Shown here: one piece after another, positions 25,769 to 38,000 of the stretch
Position numbering within the stretch: the first letter of the stretch is position 1
How the letters are laid out: each line of letters begins with the position of its first letter
Source of the DNA: Anaeramoeba ignava BMAN
Taxonomy: Eukaryota > Protista > Anaeramoebae
Reading direction: 5' to 3'
Length of the DNA stretch: 64,000 nt
Assembly: GCA_028826165.1 (NCBI GenBank)
Contig: JAPDFW010000081.1
Span: 992,001-1,056,000 of the forward strand
Notes under the pieces: model-generated
Database searches by the model: none
What the model was told of the DNA's origin: nothing
Seen by the model: only the letters and a program-made list of their open reading frames with translations
Made by a program: the position numbers and the translations under genes

Positions 25769-28700
25769 AATAAATATAATAATAACAAATATAATAATAA
25801 ATATAATAATAAATATAATAATAAATATAATAATAATTTTATTTATAATTTTAATAATAAATTTATTTATAATTTTAATAATAAATTTATTTATAAATTT
25901 ATTTATAATTTTAATAATAAATTTATTTATAATTTTAATAATAAATTTATTTATAATTTTAATAATAAATTTATTTATAATTTTAATAATAAATTTATTT
26001 ATAATTTTAATAATTTTAATAATAATAAATTTATTTATAATTTTAATAATAAATTTTTATTTATAATTTTAATAATAAATTTATTTATAATTTTAATAAT
26101 AAATTTATTTTATAATTTAAAATATAAATTTATTTATAATTTTAAATTAAAATTTTTAATAATTTAATATTAAATTTATTTATAATTTTAATAATAAATT
26201 TATTTTATATTTTTATTTTTATTTATAATTTTTAATATTTAATTTTTTATTTATAATTTTAATAATCAATTTATTTATATAATTTTAATATTCAATTTAT
26301 TTATAATTTTTAATAATAAATTTATTTATAATTTTAATAATAAATTTATTTATAATTTTAATAATAAATTTATTTATAATTTTAATATTAAATTTATTTA
26401 TAATTTTAATAATAAATTTATTTATAATTTTAATATTAATTTTATTTATAATTTTAATAATAAATTTATTTATAATTTTAATAAATTTATTTATAATTTA
26501 ATAATAAATTTATTTATAATTTTAATAATAAATTTATTTATAATTTTAATAATAAATTTATTTATAATTTTAATAATAAATTTATTTATAATTTTAATAA
26601 TAAATTTATTTATAATTTTAATAATAAATTTATTTATAATTTTTAATAATAAATTTATTTATAATTTTAATAATAAATATAATAATAAATATAATAATAA
26701 AATAATATAAATAAATTAAATATTAAAATAAATTTTATAAAATATAATAAATAAATTATAATTTATAATTTTAATAATAAATATAATTTAATAATAAATA
26801 TAATAATAAATATAATAATAAATATAATAATAAATTTATTTATAATTTTAATAATAAATTTATTTATAATTTTAATAATAATTTTATTTATAATTTTAAT
26901 ATTAAATTTATTTATAATTTTAATATTAAATTTATTTATAATTTTAATATTAAATTTATTTATAATTTTAATATTAAATTTATTTATAATTTTAATAATA
27001 AATATAATAATAAATTTATTTATAATTTTATTTATAATTTTAATAATAATTTTAATAATAAATTTGTTTATAATTTTAATAATAAATTTGTTTATAATTT
27101 TAATAATAAATTTATTTATAATTTTAATATTCAAAAAGCGACCACCAAAAGCTACAAGACAAGATATGACTCTATTTCATTCCGAAGAATACGTCCGATT
27201 TTTAGAAACAGTAACACCTGACACAACACAAGAATTTGTAGATCAAATCCGACGATTCAACGTTGCAGAAGACACACCAATATTCGATGGATTATTTGAT
27301 TTCTGCCGAATCAGCGCTGGGGGATCAGTAGAAGGAGCAACAAGATTATGCCAAGGATTTGCAGACATCGCAATCAACTGGGCAGGTGGATTGCACCACG
27401 CTAAGAAGAACGAGGCCTCAGGATTTTGCTACATAAACGACATTGTGCTCGCAATCATCGAGCTTCTTCGATATTTCCCGCGTGTGCTTTACGTGGATAT
27501 CGACATCCATCACGGAGATGGAGTGGAGGAGGCATTCTACACAACAAACCGCGTGATGACAGTGAGTTTCCACAAGTACGGAAACTTCTTTCCTGGGACA
27601 GGAGCACTCAACGACATCGGAGTCGGTCAAGGAAAACATTATGCCGTTAACGTTCCCCTTGATGACGGCATGAACGACGAAAGTTTCACTAGTATTTTCA
27701 ATCCTGTTATGACGGAGGTTATGGAGCGCTACCGTCCTGCTGCTATTGTTATGCAATGTGGTGCTGATTCCCTTTCTGGTGACAGGCTCGGTCGATTCAA
27801 TCTCTCTCTTTATGGTCACGGTGATTGCGTCTCCTTCCTCAAACAATACAACGTCCCCATGCTCGTTCTCGGAGGCGGCGGTTATACTATCAAAAACGTC
27901 GCGCGATGTTGGACTTACGAGACTTCATTGCTTGTGGGAATGCAAATTTCAAATGATCTCCCAGAAAATGAACATCATGATTATTATGAAGGAAATAAAC
28001 TCCACTTAATAACAACAAATATGGCCAACTCAAACACCAAACAGAGCCTTGAAAACATTCGCATTTCCATTAGCGAAAGTCTTCGAATGCTTGAAGGTGC
28101 GCCAAGTGTTCAAATGACCTTTCTTCCTCCTGAAACTCGTATTTCTATCGATAGAGGTCTTTATGATGATATTGATGAAGACACTTATCCTGATATTCGC
28201 ATCACACAAAAAATGATCGATGATTTCATCGCTCGTCCTGAAGAACTCGAGCTTGATCTCGAACTCACAACTGCAAAGCTTCTCCAGAAAAATAGAAATG
28301 TTCAGGCTTTTAGTTTATCCGATTCTGATTCTGAAAGAGATTTCGATGAAGATTTGGATGATGATGATGATTCTGATGATGATGATTCTGTTGGTGTTGA
28401 GGATGAACGTTCTTCTGATGTTGTAGTTACTAGTGAGAATGATTCCGAGAGTCAGAATTTATCTGATAGTGATGCTATTCAAATTGAAAATCAAAATCAA
28501 AATCAAAATCAAATTCAAAATCAAAATCAAAATCAAAATGAAAATCAAAATCAAATTCAAAATGAAAATCAAAATCAAAATAAAATTGAAAATGAAAATG
28601 AAAATGAAAATGAAAATGAAATTGAAAATCAAATTGAAAATCAAATTGAAATTGAAAATCAAATTGAAAATCAAAATCAAATTCAAAATGAAAATCAAAA

Positions 28701-29094
28701 TCAAAATGAAAATCAAAATCAAAATCAAAATCAAAATCAAAATCAAAATTTAAATCAAATTGAAAATCAAAATTTAAATCAAAATCAAAATCAAAATCTA
28801 AATCAATTTCAATTTCAAAATTTAAACCAAATTGAAAATCAAATTGAAAATGAAAATGAAAATCAAAATCAAATTCAAAATCAAAATCAAAATCAAAATC
28901 AAAATCAAAATCAAAATCAAAATCAAAATCAAAATCAAAATTTAAATCAAATTGAAAATCAAAATCAAATGGAAATTCAAAATGAAATTGAAAATAATAT
29001 TCCTTTTGTAAATGATTCTATTGATAAAAATAATCAAATTGGAAATCAAAATGGAAATGAAAATATTGAAGAATTTAAAAGAAGAAAAGTTTAA
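25462..29094 (+). CDS. HDAC1: Class I histone deacetylase (HDAC1/2, Rpd3-like), 2 exons (25462-25608, 27139-29094)
   Basis: [45 protein letters not shown] and GGGGY; acidic and NQ tail. Confidence 0.95.
25609..27138. repeat. 1.5-kb HDAC intron built mainly from a 24-bp A/T-only minisatellite (AAATTTATTTATAATTTTAATAAT)
   Basis: GT at 25609, AAG ending at 27138; almost no G/C. Confidence 0.9.
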
Positions 29095-29622
29095 TTTTTT
29101 TTTAAAACATTTCAATTTTTCTTTTTCTTTTTCTTTTTTTTCTTTTTTTAATAAAAAATAATCTTTTTTTCTTTTTAAAATTTTTCAATTACGATCAAAC
29201 AAGAAATTGTTTTCTCAATCTTTTTGTTTTGTTTTTTGTTTTTTTTTTGTTTTTTTGTTTTTGTTTTTTGTTTTGTTTTTGTTTTGTTTTTGTTTTTGTT
29301 TTTTTGTTTTTGTTTTTGTTTTGTTTTTTTGTTTTTGGTTTTTGGTTTTGTTGTTTTTGTTTTGTTTTTTAAAAAAAAAAGAAAAATTAAAAATTAAAAG
29401 GAAAACACTTTTGTTGTGTTATTCACTTGAGTCTTGCACTCGATAGAAAAAAAAAGAGAAAAAAAAAAGTAAATCAAAAAAAAAAAAGAATGAATTTGAA
29501 AGCGAAGCAATCCGAAAATCAAAAAAAGTAAAAAGTAAAAAGTAAAAAAGTAAAAAAAAAAGGAGAACAATGATCAATTAATAACGGAAACTAAAAAATG
29601 AAAAAAAAAAAGTTGATCTTGC

Positions 29623-30622
29623 TTAATTATCATCCTTTTGTTGTTCATCATCACCAGTTTCTGAATCTTCTTCAATTGGTTCATCAACTCCACGTTTTTC
29701 ATTGAAAATTCTTTGTCCAGCAGCTTTTAAAGCCATTTCAATTCCAGCAGAAACCTAAATAAAAATTAAAATTAAAATTAAAATTAAAATTAAAATTAAA
29801 ATTAATATTAAAATTAAAATTAAAAAATTAAAATATAAAAATTAAATAGAATATAAAGTAAATAATTTAAAATTAAATATTTGAATTAATTTAGTTTTAT
29901 TAATTTAATATATTTATAAATTAATAAAAAATAATTAGTCATTAAAATTTTAATTATAAAAAAAATTTTTTTTTAATTTATAAAATTATATTATGATTCT
30001 TAATTTAAGAATTAAAATAAAAAAAAATTAATGAATAAAAAAAGAATGATGTAATTTCAATATAAAGAAAATATTAATAAAAATTAATAGATAAATTCAA
30101 ATAAAATGAATTTAAATTAAATAAATTAAGATAAAAGCAAAAAAAAAAATTTTTGCTTTTTTGTTATTTAAAAAATAATAAAAAGAAAAAAAATTTTTTT
30201 TCTAAAATAATAAAATAATAAAATAATAATTAAATAAAAAGAAAAGAAATAAAAATAAAAATAATAAACAAGCTTACAAGTAAAGCAACAGCTTTTTTAG
30301 CAGCTTTTTTCTTAAGCATTTCAGGAAGTTTTTGAACAGATTCAATTTCATTAGCAATTTCAACAACTTCATCTTGGAAAGAAGCTCCAATATCATTTCC
30401 AAGTGATTTCTTAAGTTTGGCTAAGTTTGGATCCTTCACTTTAGCTTTTGCTTGTTCGTGACATTGTTTTGAAGTTAAGGCCTTTTCTGTATCTGCATCA
30501 ACTATCTTTCCGTACTCATCTTGATATTTGGGCAAGTATTCTTTGATTCCTTCTTTTGCCTTCTTTTTAATGTGTTTTGCTTTCTTTTTTGGAATTTCAA
30601 TTGTTGGTACTTTACCTCCCAT
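29623..30622 (-). CDS. Small Lys/Ala-rich helical protein with possible N-myristoylation (MGG), 2 exons (30622-30278, 29754-29623)
   Basis: The GTAAG...TAG intron joins in frame (AVALL|VSAGIEMALK...QKDDN*); coding-like composition. Confidence 0.75.
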
Positions 30623-31760
30623 TTTGTTATTGTTTTTTTTTTTTTTTGTTTAAAGTTGTTTAAAAAAAATTAAAAGCTAAAAAGAAAAATGAATTTTTTT
30701 TTTAATTAAAAAAATTTTTTTTTGTTTATTAATTAATTAAAATTTTTTTTTTTTTTTTAATTTATTTTTTATTTTATTTTTTATTTTAAATGTGATCAAT
30801 TTAAATTCTTTTATTTTATTTTTTTTTTTTTAATTAAAAAAAATTTTTTTTTTTTGTTTATTTTTTTTAAATGAATTTGCTTTATTGTTTTTCTTTTTTT
30901 AATTTAAAAAATTTAATTAAAAAATTTAATTAAAAATCGTTAATTTCATTTTAATTTAATTTTTTAATTTAAATTTTATTCTTTTGTTTTATAATTTTTT
31001 CAAAAGAAACAAAATCAAAAAAATTTTTTTTTCTTTTTTATTATTTTTTTTTTAATTTAAAACTTTTTTGATCGACTCAACAAAAAATAAAGAAAATTAA
31101 TAATAATTAATTTTAATTAATAAAAGAATAAAATTTAATTTATTATCTTATTAATTTTTAATTAAATTTAAATATTTATTATTTATTCAAAATTCTCATT
31201 TTTTTTTCACCTTTTTTTTTTCACTTTTTTTTTTGGAAAAATAAAATTTCTTTATTTTAATTAAAAAAAAAAGAGAATTTAATTGCGAAAATTTACCTTT
31301 TCATTCTTATTTTTCATTCTTATTTTCATTCTTGTTTTGTATTCTTATTTTATATTGTTATTTTATATTCTTATTTTCATTCTTATTTTATATTCTTATT
31401 TTGTATTCTTATTTTATATTGTTATTTTGTATTGTTTACTTAAATAAAAATGGAAAGTGGAATAAATCCAATTTTAAAAAAAATGGAAAGAAAAGAAAAG
31501 AAAAAAATGATACTTACAAAAAGGAAAAAAAATCAAAATAAAAATTTTAAAAAAAAAAATAAAAAAAACTAAAACAGGAAAAATATTTTCAATGATTACT
31601 ACTTAATTAAAAATAAAAAAAAAAAGAATAAAATTTACAAAAGTTTAAACATTTTTAAAAATAAAAATAAGCAAAAAAAAACAATTTTTTTAATCCAAAA
31701 AAAAAAAATTTTTCCAAAAAGAAAAATAGGAAAAAATTTTTCAATTAAATCCTTTTTTTT

Positions 31761-34700
31761 TTATTTAAATTGTTTAGCTATAAAATTGTTGATTTGAATA
31801 TAAGATTTAATTAATTTTTGATGTTCTTGTAATAATTTTGGTATATCTGAAACAAGTAATGAATCAGGAGTTGATTGAAAGAATTTAAAATCAGATTCTT
31901 TTGGAACTTGAAGTTGAAACCGAACTTGATTTTGATTTTGATTTTGATTTTGATTTTGATTTAGATTTTGATTTTGATTTAGATTTAGATTTAGATTTTG
32001 ATTTTGATTTTGATTTTGATTTTGATTTAGATTTTGATTTTGATTTTGATTTTGATTTTGATTTTGATTTAGATTTAGATTTAGATTTAGATTTTGATTT
32101 TGATTTTGATTTTGATTTAGATTTAGATTTTCAATTTGATGTTTTCCTTTTTCCTTTTGAATTTTTAAATCTTCTGTTTCTTGAAGCATACTTTGTAATT
32201 CATTCTTCAATTTCTCTTTTTCAAAATTTTTTTCTTGTGGTAATTCTTTTTGTGGTTTATCTTCAAAAAAATCAGTCATTTTACTTTTAAAAAAATCAAG
32301 AAATTTGAGTTTTGAAGTTTTTGGTAAAATTTGTTCAAAAATTTTGGAATCTGGAGAAAATCTTGGAACAATAACAAAATCATCTGGAAGATCGTTAAAC
32401 GGATTAATTTTTTCGTTATTAATTAGATTATTATTATTTTTTTGATTTTGATTATTATTATTTTTTTGATTTTGATTTTGATTTTGATTTTCATTATTTT
32501 GATTTTCATGATTTTGATTTTCATTTTGATTTTCATTGTCAAGACTGTTTAAATATTTTTCTATAGAAATAGTCTCCAAATACTTTTTCTCATTTTGTTC
32601 TTGGGAATACTTCTTTACCAAAAAATCAAAAGTTAAAGGATCAATTGATAAACTTTGATAGGAAATATTATTTAAAAAATCAACAACTGATACAAGATTT
32701 GTAAAATGATATCCTTCTTGTCGAAGATTTATTACATCTTCATTTATAAAATTTTTAATAAATTGAATATTAGAATATAAAAGTGGAACATCTGTTTTGA
32801 TAATAAAATATATAATAATTGGAAGTAATTCATCAGCTCCACTTGTTTTTTTTTGAAGATAAATCATATGGGATAACAACATAAATGACTTGTAAATTAC
32901 TTTCAATTTTTGTCTTGGTGTTTTCTTTTGATTAATCTTGAGAATCTGTTGTTTTGCTTTCTCAAATATTTCTTCATTCATAAAATTTGGATTTATATCT
33001 AAATGATCAAAATTAATAAATGAAAGTTGATGAATTCTATTTGAAATTTTCTCATTTTCTTCCATTTGATTAAAAATAAAGAATTTTTTGTAAATTCTTT
33101 TTGAAATGTAATCCTCTAAAATTTCTGAAATTCTCACTTCTCGAATTTCTCTTTTTTTAATGAATTTGTTAAAAATTGGATCATCTCTAAATTCTTGGAC
33201 AATTCCTGCAATTAAACTGTGAAATATTTTTCCTGCATTTTCTATTGAATCAATTTTTTTTTCAAGAAGTTCTTTGACAACTGAAGAAATTTTATCTTTT
33301 AATTTTGAGTTTGATTGTTGTACAGAATTTTCAAAATCAATTAATTTGAATTTTCTTTCTTGTTTTTTCTTTTTCTTTTTCTTTTTAAATTCATTTTCAA
33401 TTTGAATTTCATTTTGATTTTGATTTTGATTTTGATTTTGATTTTGATTTTGATTTTGATTTTGATTTTGATTTTGATTTTGATTTTGATTTTGATTTTG
33501 ATTTTGATTTTGATTTTGATTTTGATTTTGATTTTGAATTTCATTTTGATTTTGATTTTGAATTTGATTTTGAATTTGATTTTGATTTTGATTTTGATTT
33601 AAATTTTGGTTTTCATTTTCATTTTGATTTTGATTTTGATTTTGATTTTGATTTTGATTTTGATTTTGATTTTGATTTTGATTTTGATTTTGATTTTGAT
33701 TTTGATTTTGATTTTGATTTTGATTTTGATTTTGATTTTCAATTTGATTTTGATTTTGATTTTGATTTTGATTTTGATTTTCATTTTCAATTTGAATTTG
33801 ATTTAAATTTTCAATTTCATTTTGATATTGATTTTGATTTTGATTTTGATTTTGATTTTGATTTAAATTTTGGTTTTCATTTTCATTTTCATTTTGATTT
33901 TGATTTTGATTTTCAATTTCAATTTCATTTTGATTTTGATTTTGATTTTGAATTTCATTTTGAATTTCAATTCCAATTTCATTTTCAATTTTATTTTCAA
34001 AATAAATGAGAGAAGAAATAAAATACTCTCTTATTCTATCAACACTTAAAATTCCTAAACCATTTAAAAAATGATTTTGATTTTGATTTATATTTTGATT
34101 TTGATTTTGATTTTCAATTTGATTTAAATTTTCATTTAAATTTTCATTTAAATTTTGATTTAAATTTTGATTTTGATTTAGATTTTGATTTTGATTTTCA
34201 TTTTGATTTTGATTTTGATTTAGATTTTGATTTTGATTTTGATTTTGATTTTGATTTTCATTTTCATTTTCATTTTGATTTAAATTTTCATTTTGATTTT
34301 GATTTAGATTTTGATTTTGATTTTGATTTTCATTTAAATTTTCATTTAAATTTTGATTTTGATTTTGATTTTGATTTTCATTTAAATTTTCATTTAAATT
34401 TTGATTTAAATTTTCATTTAGATTTTGATTTAGATTTTCATTTAGATTTTGATTTAGATTTAGATTTAAATTTTGATTTAGATTTTGATTTTCATTTAGA
34501 TTTTGATTTTGATTTTGATTTTGATTTAGATTTTCATTTAAATTTTGATTTAGATTTTGATTTTGATTTTGATTTAGATTTTCATTTAAATTTTCATTTA
34601 AATTTTGATTTAGATTTTCATTTTGATTTATATTTTCATTTTCCAAAATTTCAATTTTGAATTCCTTTCCATAAATAGGAAAGAATAATTGCAAATATTT

Positions 34701-34976
34701 CTTTTTTATTAATTGAATAATTTTTCCTTTTATCCCACTTAATGTTGTAAATTCATTTTCATTTTGATTCAAAATTGCTAAATGGTTTTTTGCTAATTCA
34801 ATATTAATTTTAATCTCTTTCACACTTTTTGTTGGTGGAATTAAAACAAGAACATTTACATTATTATTATTATTAATATTATTTTTTTCAATTTTAGAAT
34901 AAAGAATTTGCTTGATTTCTTCATTTGTTTTTAAAAATTGAATAAAATTATTTTGTTCAAAATGAGTTTCATTCAT
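31761..34976 (-). CDS. VPS9-domain Rab5 GEF with long NQ tracts
   Basis: KTPRQKL, SGADELLPIIIY, LYSNIQFI and EGYHFTNL are VPS9 signature motifs. Confidence 0.9.
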   Translation of the reverse strand: MNETHFEQNNFIQFLKTNEEIKQILYSKIEKNNINNNNNVNVLVLIPPTKSVKEIKINIELAKNHLAILNQNENEFTTLSGIKGKIIQLIKKKYLQLFFPIYGKEFKIEILENENINQNENLNQNLNENLNENLNQNQNQNLNQNLNENLNQNQNQNQNLNENQNLNQNLNLNLNQNLNENLNQNLNENLNQNLNENLNENQNQNQNQNLNENLNENQNQNQNLNQNQNENLNQNENENENQNQNQNQNQNLNQNQNQNENQNQNLNQNQNLNQNLNENLNENLNQIENQNQNQNINQNQNHFLNGLGILSVDRIREYFISSLIYFENKIENEIGIEIQNEIQNQNQNQNEIEIENQNQNQNENENENQNLNQNQNQNQNQNQYQNEIENLNQIQIENENQNQNQNQNQNQIENQNQNQNQNQNQNQNQNQNQNQNQNQNQNQNQNQNQNQNENENQNLNQNQNQNQIQNQIQNQNQNEIQNQNQNQNQNQNQNQNQNQNQNQNQNQNQNQNQNQNQNQNQNEIQIENEFKKKKKKKKQERKFKLIDFENSVQQSNSKLKDKISSVVKELLEKKIDSIENAGKIFHSLIAGIVQEFRDDPIFNKFIKKREIREVRISEILEDYISKRIYKKFFIFNQMEENEKISNRIHQLSFINFDHLDINPNFMNEEIFEKAKQQILKINQKKTPRQKLKVIYKSFMLLSHMIYLQKKTSGADELLPIIIYFIIKTDVPLLYSNIQFIKNFINEDVINLRQEGYHFTNLVSVVDFLNNISYQSLSIDPLTFDFLVKKYSQEQNEKKYLETISIEKYLNSLDNENQNENQNHENQNNENQNQNQNQKNNNNQNQKNNNNLINNEKINPFNDLPDDFVIVPRFSPDSKIFEQILPKTSKLKFLDFFKSKMTDFFEDKPQKELPQEKNFEKEKLKNELQSMLQETEDLKIQKEKGKHQIENLNLNQNQNQNQNLNLNLNLNQNQNQNQNQNQNLNQNQNQNQNQNLNLNLNQNQNLNQNQNQNQNQNQVRFQLQVPKESDFKFFQSTPDSLLVSDIPKLLQEHQKLIKSYIQINNFIAKQFK

Positions 34977-35086
34977 TTTTACTTGTGTTTTTTTTTATAA
35001 AATTTGAAAAGAAAAAAAATGAAAATGGAAAAAATCAAAAAAAAAAAATTGTGAAATTTGGATTTTTAAATTTTTAAATTTTTGAA

Positions 35087-38000
35087 TTAAATTTGATAAA
35101 CAATTTCATAATCGCAATAAAACTGAGAAGTTTCTTTCAAAAAAACGGTTGAAATTTTTTTTTGATCATCAGGTTTATAAGAAATAGAATCAAAATGAGA
35201 ATCCAAATAAATACCAAAAGTGGAAGAAATAATTTTAGGGTTGAACTGGAAAACAGAAGCTAAATAAACAATTCGATTTCCATTATCATCAAAAGTGCAA
35301 AAATCATTTGCTTGAATCAATGAGGAAAAAAGATAAAAACCTCTTCCAAAAGACCATCCAAGAGTGTTGCTAAAAAAAGAAGAATTGGCAACAGTATTTG
35401 CAAATTTTTCATAACGTTTGCCATAAAAATAAGCCTCTTGAACATCTGAAGAAGGATTAAACTGTGGATTTTTTCTTTTGGAATACCGATAAAAATCGTT
35501 CCATTTCCGTTGATCTTCAATTCTCCATACAGAAATGATATTGGGCTCAATTCCCTTATTTTTCAATGATTTCGATATTTTGGCGTTTATTTGTTTCTGT
35601 ATTTTTTCAAGTTCTTTCCCTTTCACTTCAATTCTTGCGCGGTGAATTTTTTCTTTATCCGCAATATTCCAATCAGATTTTATTTCAGGATTCAAAAGTG
35701 GATTTTCAAGATAATAATCTAATGGTTTTGTTAAATCTTGATATATTTTTGGATCCAATAATCCTGGGTAGTTTTGGTGAATTTTCTGCAGAATTGTTTG
35801 TTCTTTTGATTGCTTTTCATTTCGTTTTTTTTCAGTTGGAGAAATTTGGATCGCCAAAGAATCTTCCATTTTTTTGAAAATAAGTGAAGCTTGAGATAAT
35901 TCGAATAAATCTTGAGACTCCATAAGATGCAAACAGGATAATAAATCCCGAGAAATAGATACTTCGCTTATTTTTGGATCGTTAGAAACTTCTTTAAATC
36001 GTAGAAATTTTTGGTTCTCGAATCTGGCAGCAAAATTGCTTTTTTTTTTCTTGAAAAAATCAACCTTTTGAATTACAAAGTGCTCCATATCAAGAAATAG
36101 GATCAATGATTTCAAAGAACTAAATACTCCAAATATCCAATTTTTTTCTGCAGAATAAAACAACTGTTCATCCCATTCTTTAATAGAAGGTAAACCTCCT
36201 CGTATACATCTGCCATCTTTGGCGATTAAATTTTGTTCGATTTCTTCGTTTTTGTGATCTTTTTGTTGCTGTTGATTGATTTCCACTTGCATTTTTTTCA
36301 ATTCCTCATATTTTTCTTGTAATTCTTGTAATTTCGGATCTAAATTTTCAATTTTGGGTAATTTTTTCACTTCTTTTTCAATCAATCCTTGCTTTTCAAT
36401 CAAGAAATTGATCACAAGCTGTTTGATAATTGGGAAACAAACCAACTCGTTAAGAGAATCAAATGCTCCTTTCTCAATTCTTGAATTAAATCCAACTAAA
36501 AAATTCCATAGTTTGTCAAATTCTCTGATTTCCTCAATGAGATAAATTGGGTAAATTGTTTGCTCGATCTTTTCAGGCGGATTTGGTAAAGGTTGGAGTA
36601 TTATTTTCGGCATTTCATTTGTCCTTGCTCTATTTGTCTTCTTTTTGTTATATATTTTCATTACTATATTTTGATATATTTTCTTCAAATTGCCTAAATT
36701 TAGGCATGCTTTTTGAGCAGCTTTTGCTTGTTTAGCAAGAATATTTACTGACTCAAATTTTTCTCGAAGATTTCGACTATCGACCGTTGGGGTTTTCCCT
36801 TCTGTTCTAATTACAGAAACCATTTGAAGAAAGGAATGCACATTCCCCAAATGAAATTTTATCATTTCACTTGATTTTCCAAATTTCGAGATATTTGAAT
36901 ATAAATATTTTGAGTCTTGAATCACTTTTTCTGCCTTTTCTATTTCTCCCTTTTTTATGTGTTCATTTAATTTTTTGTTCGTTCTTTTCATGCTATCAAT
37001 AATCTCAGGATCTACATAATTTTCAAAATATTTTTTGTGCCTCAGAACCTTTGCCAATGAATTTTTGGCTGAATCAGATAGATACATTGGCAAAGTCTCA
37101 ATATTTTTAGATACACTTGTTGATTCCTCTTTGTTTTGTATCTGAATCATAATATAATATTTTGAGGCTGGTGTTAAATTTTTAAATTTGCATGAATACT
37201 TAATTGTTTCTTTATTCATCATTTTTATAAGTCCTGGTGGTTGTGGATATATACCCACTAAACAAATTAAAGAACTAAGATCAACTTCATCATAATTAAT
37301 AATTGAGAAATTGATTTCAATTGAATCATCTGCAATTACTATCTAAATAAAATTAAAATTAAAATTTGAATTTTTGAATTTTTGAATTTTTGAATTTTTG
37401 AATTTTTGAATTTTTGGATTTTTACATCTTCTTCTTTGATATCAGAAATTATCGGTTTGATTGCTGGTTTTTTAACTTCCTCAATAACTTCCTCAATTTC
37501 AGGTTCAACAAAATTTGCACTCTCAAGTTCAACAGGTTCTTGAAGAAATCGAATTGCTTCATCTTTGATCTCAACTTTGTTTTGTTCCACTTTTAAAATA
37601 TCGTTCATTGATTGTCCCTTTAATTATTTTTTTTTTGACACAATCCAAAATTTTTCATTTTAATTGGAATTTCCATTTCTAAAAATATTTTCCCAAATCA
37701 TGAAAAAAGAAAAAAGAAAAAAGAAAAAAGAAAAAAATTGTTTTTGATTTACATTCTTTATATTATTTTTAAAAATCAATTAATTTACTAATTAATATTT
37801 TTTTTTATAAAGAAAAAAAAAGACCAAATCATTTTTACCTCCTAAATTTTTAATTTAAATAAGATTTAATTTCCAAAATCAATTTCTTAAATGGAAAACC
37901 AATAAAATATACATTTTTCATAGTAATATCAAAATTTCTTTTTGAAAATATTAATGGATATTGATTTTGTTTTTCTTCACTTTTCTGAACTAAATTATTA

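Noticed and set aside
37340-37342. AG|ATA|GTAATT as an additional micro-exon
   Set aside because: Reading straight through stays in frame (IVIADDSIEINF, FN3-like), while splicing to the best downstream TAG (tttgtttag) would shift the frame.
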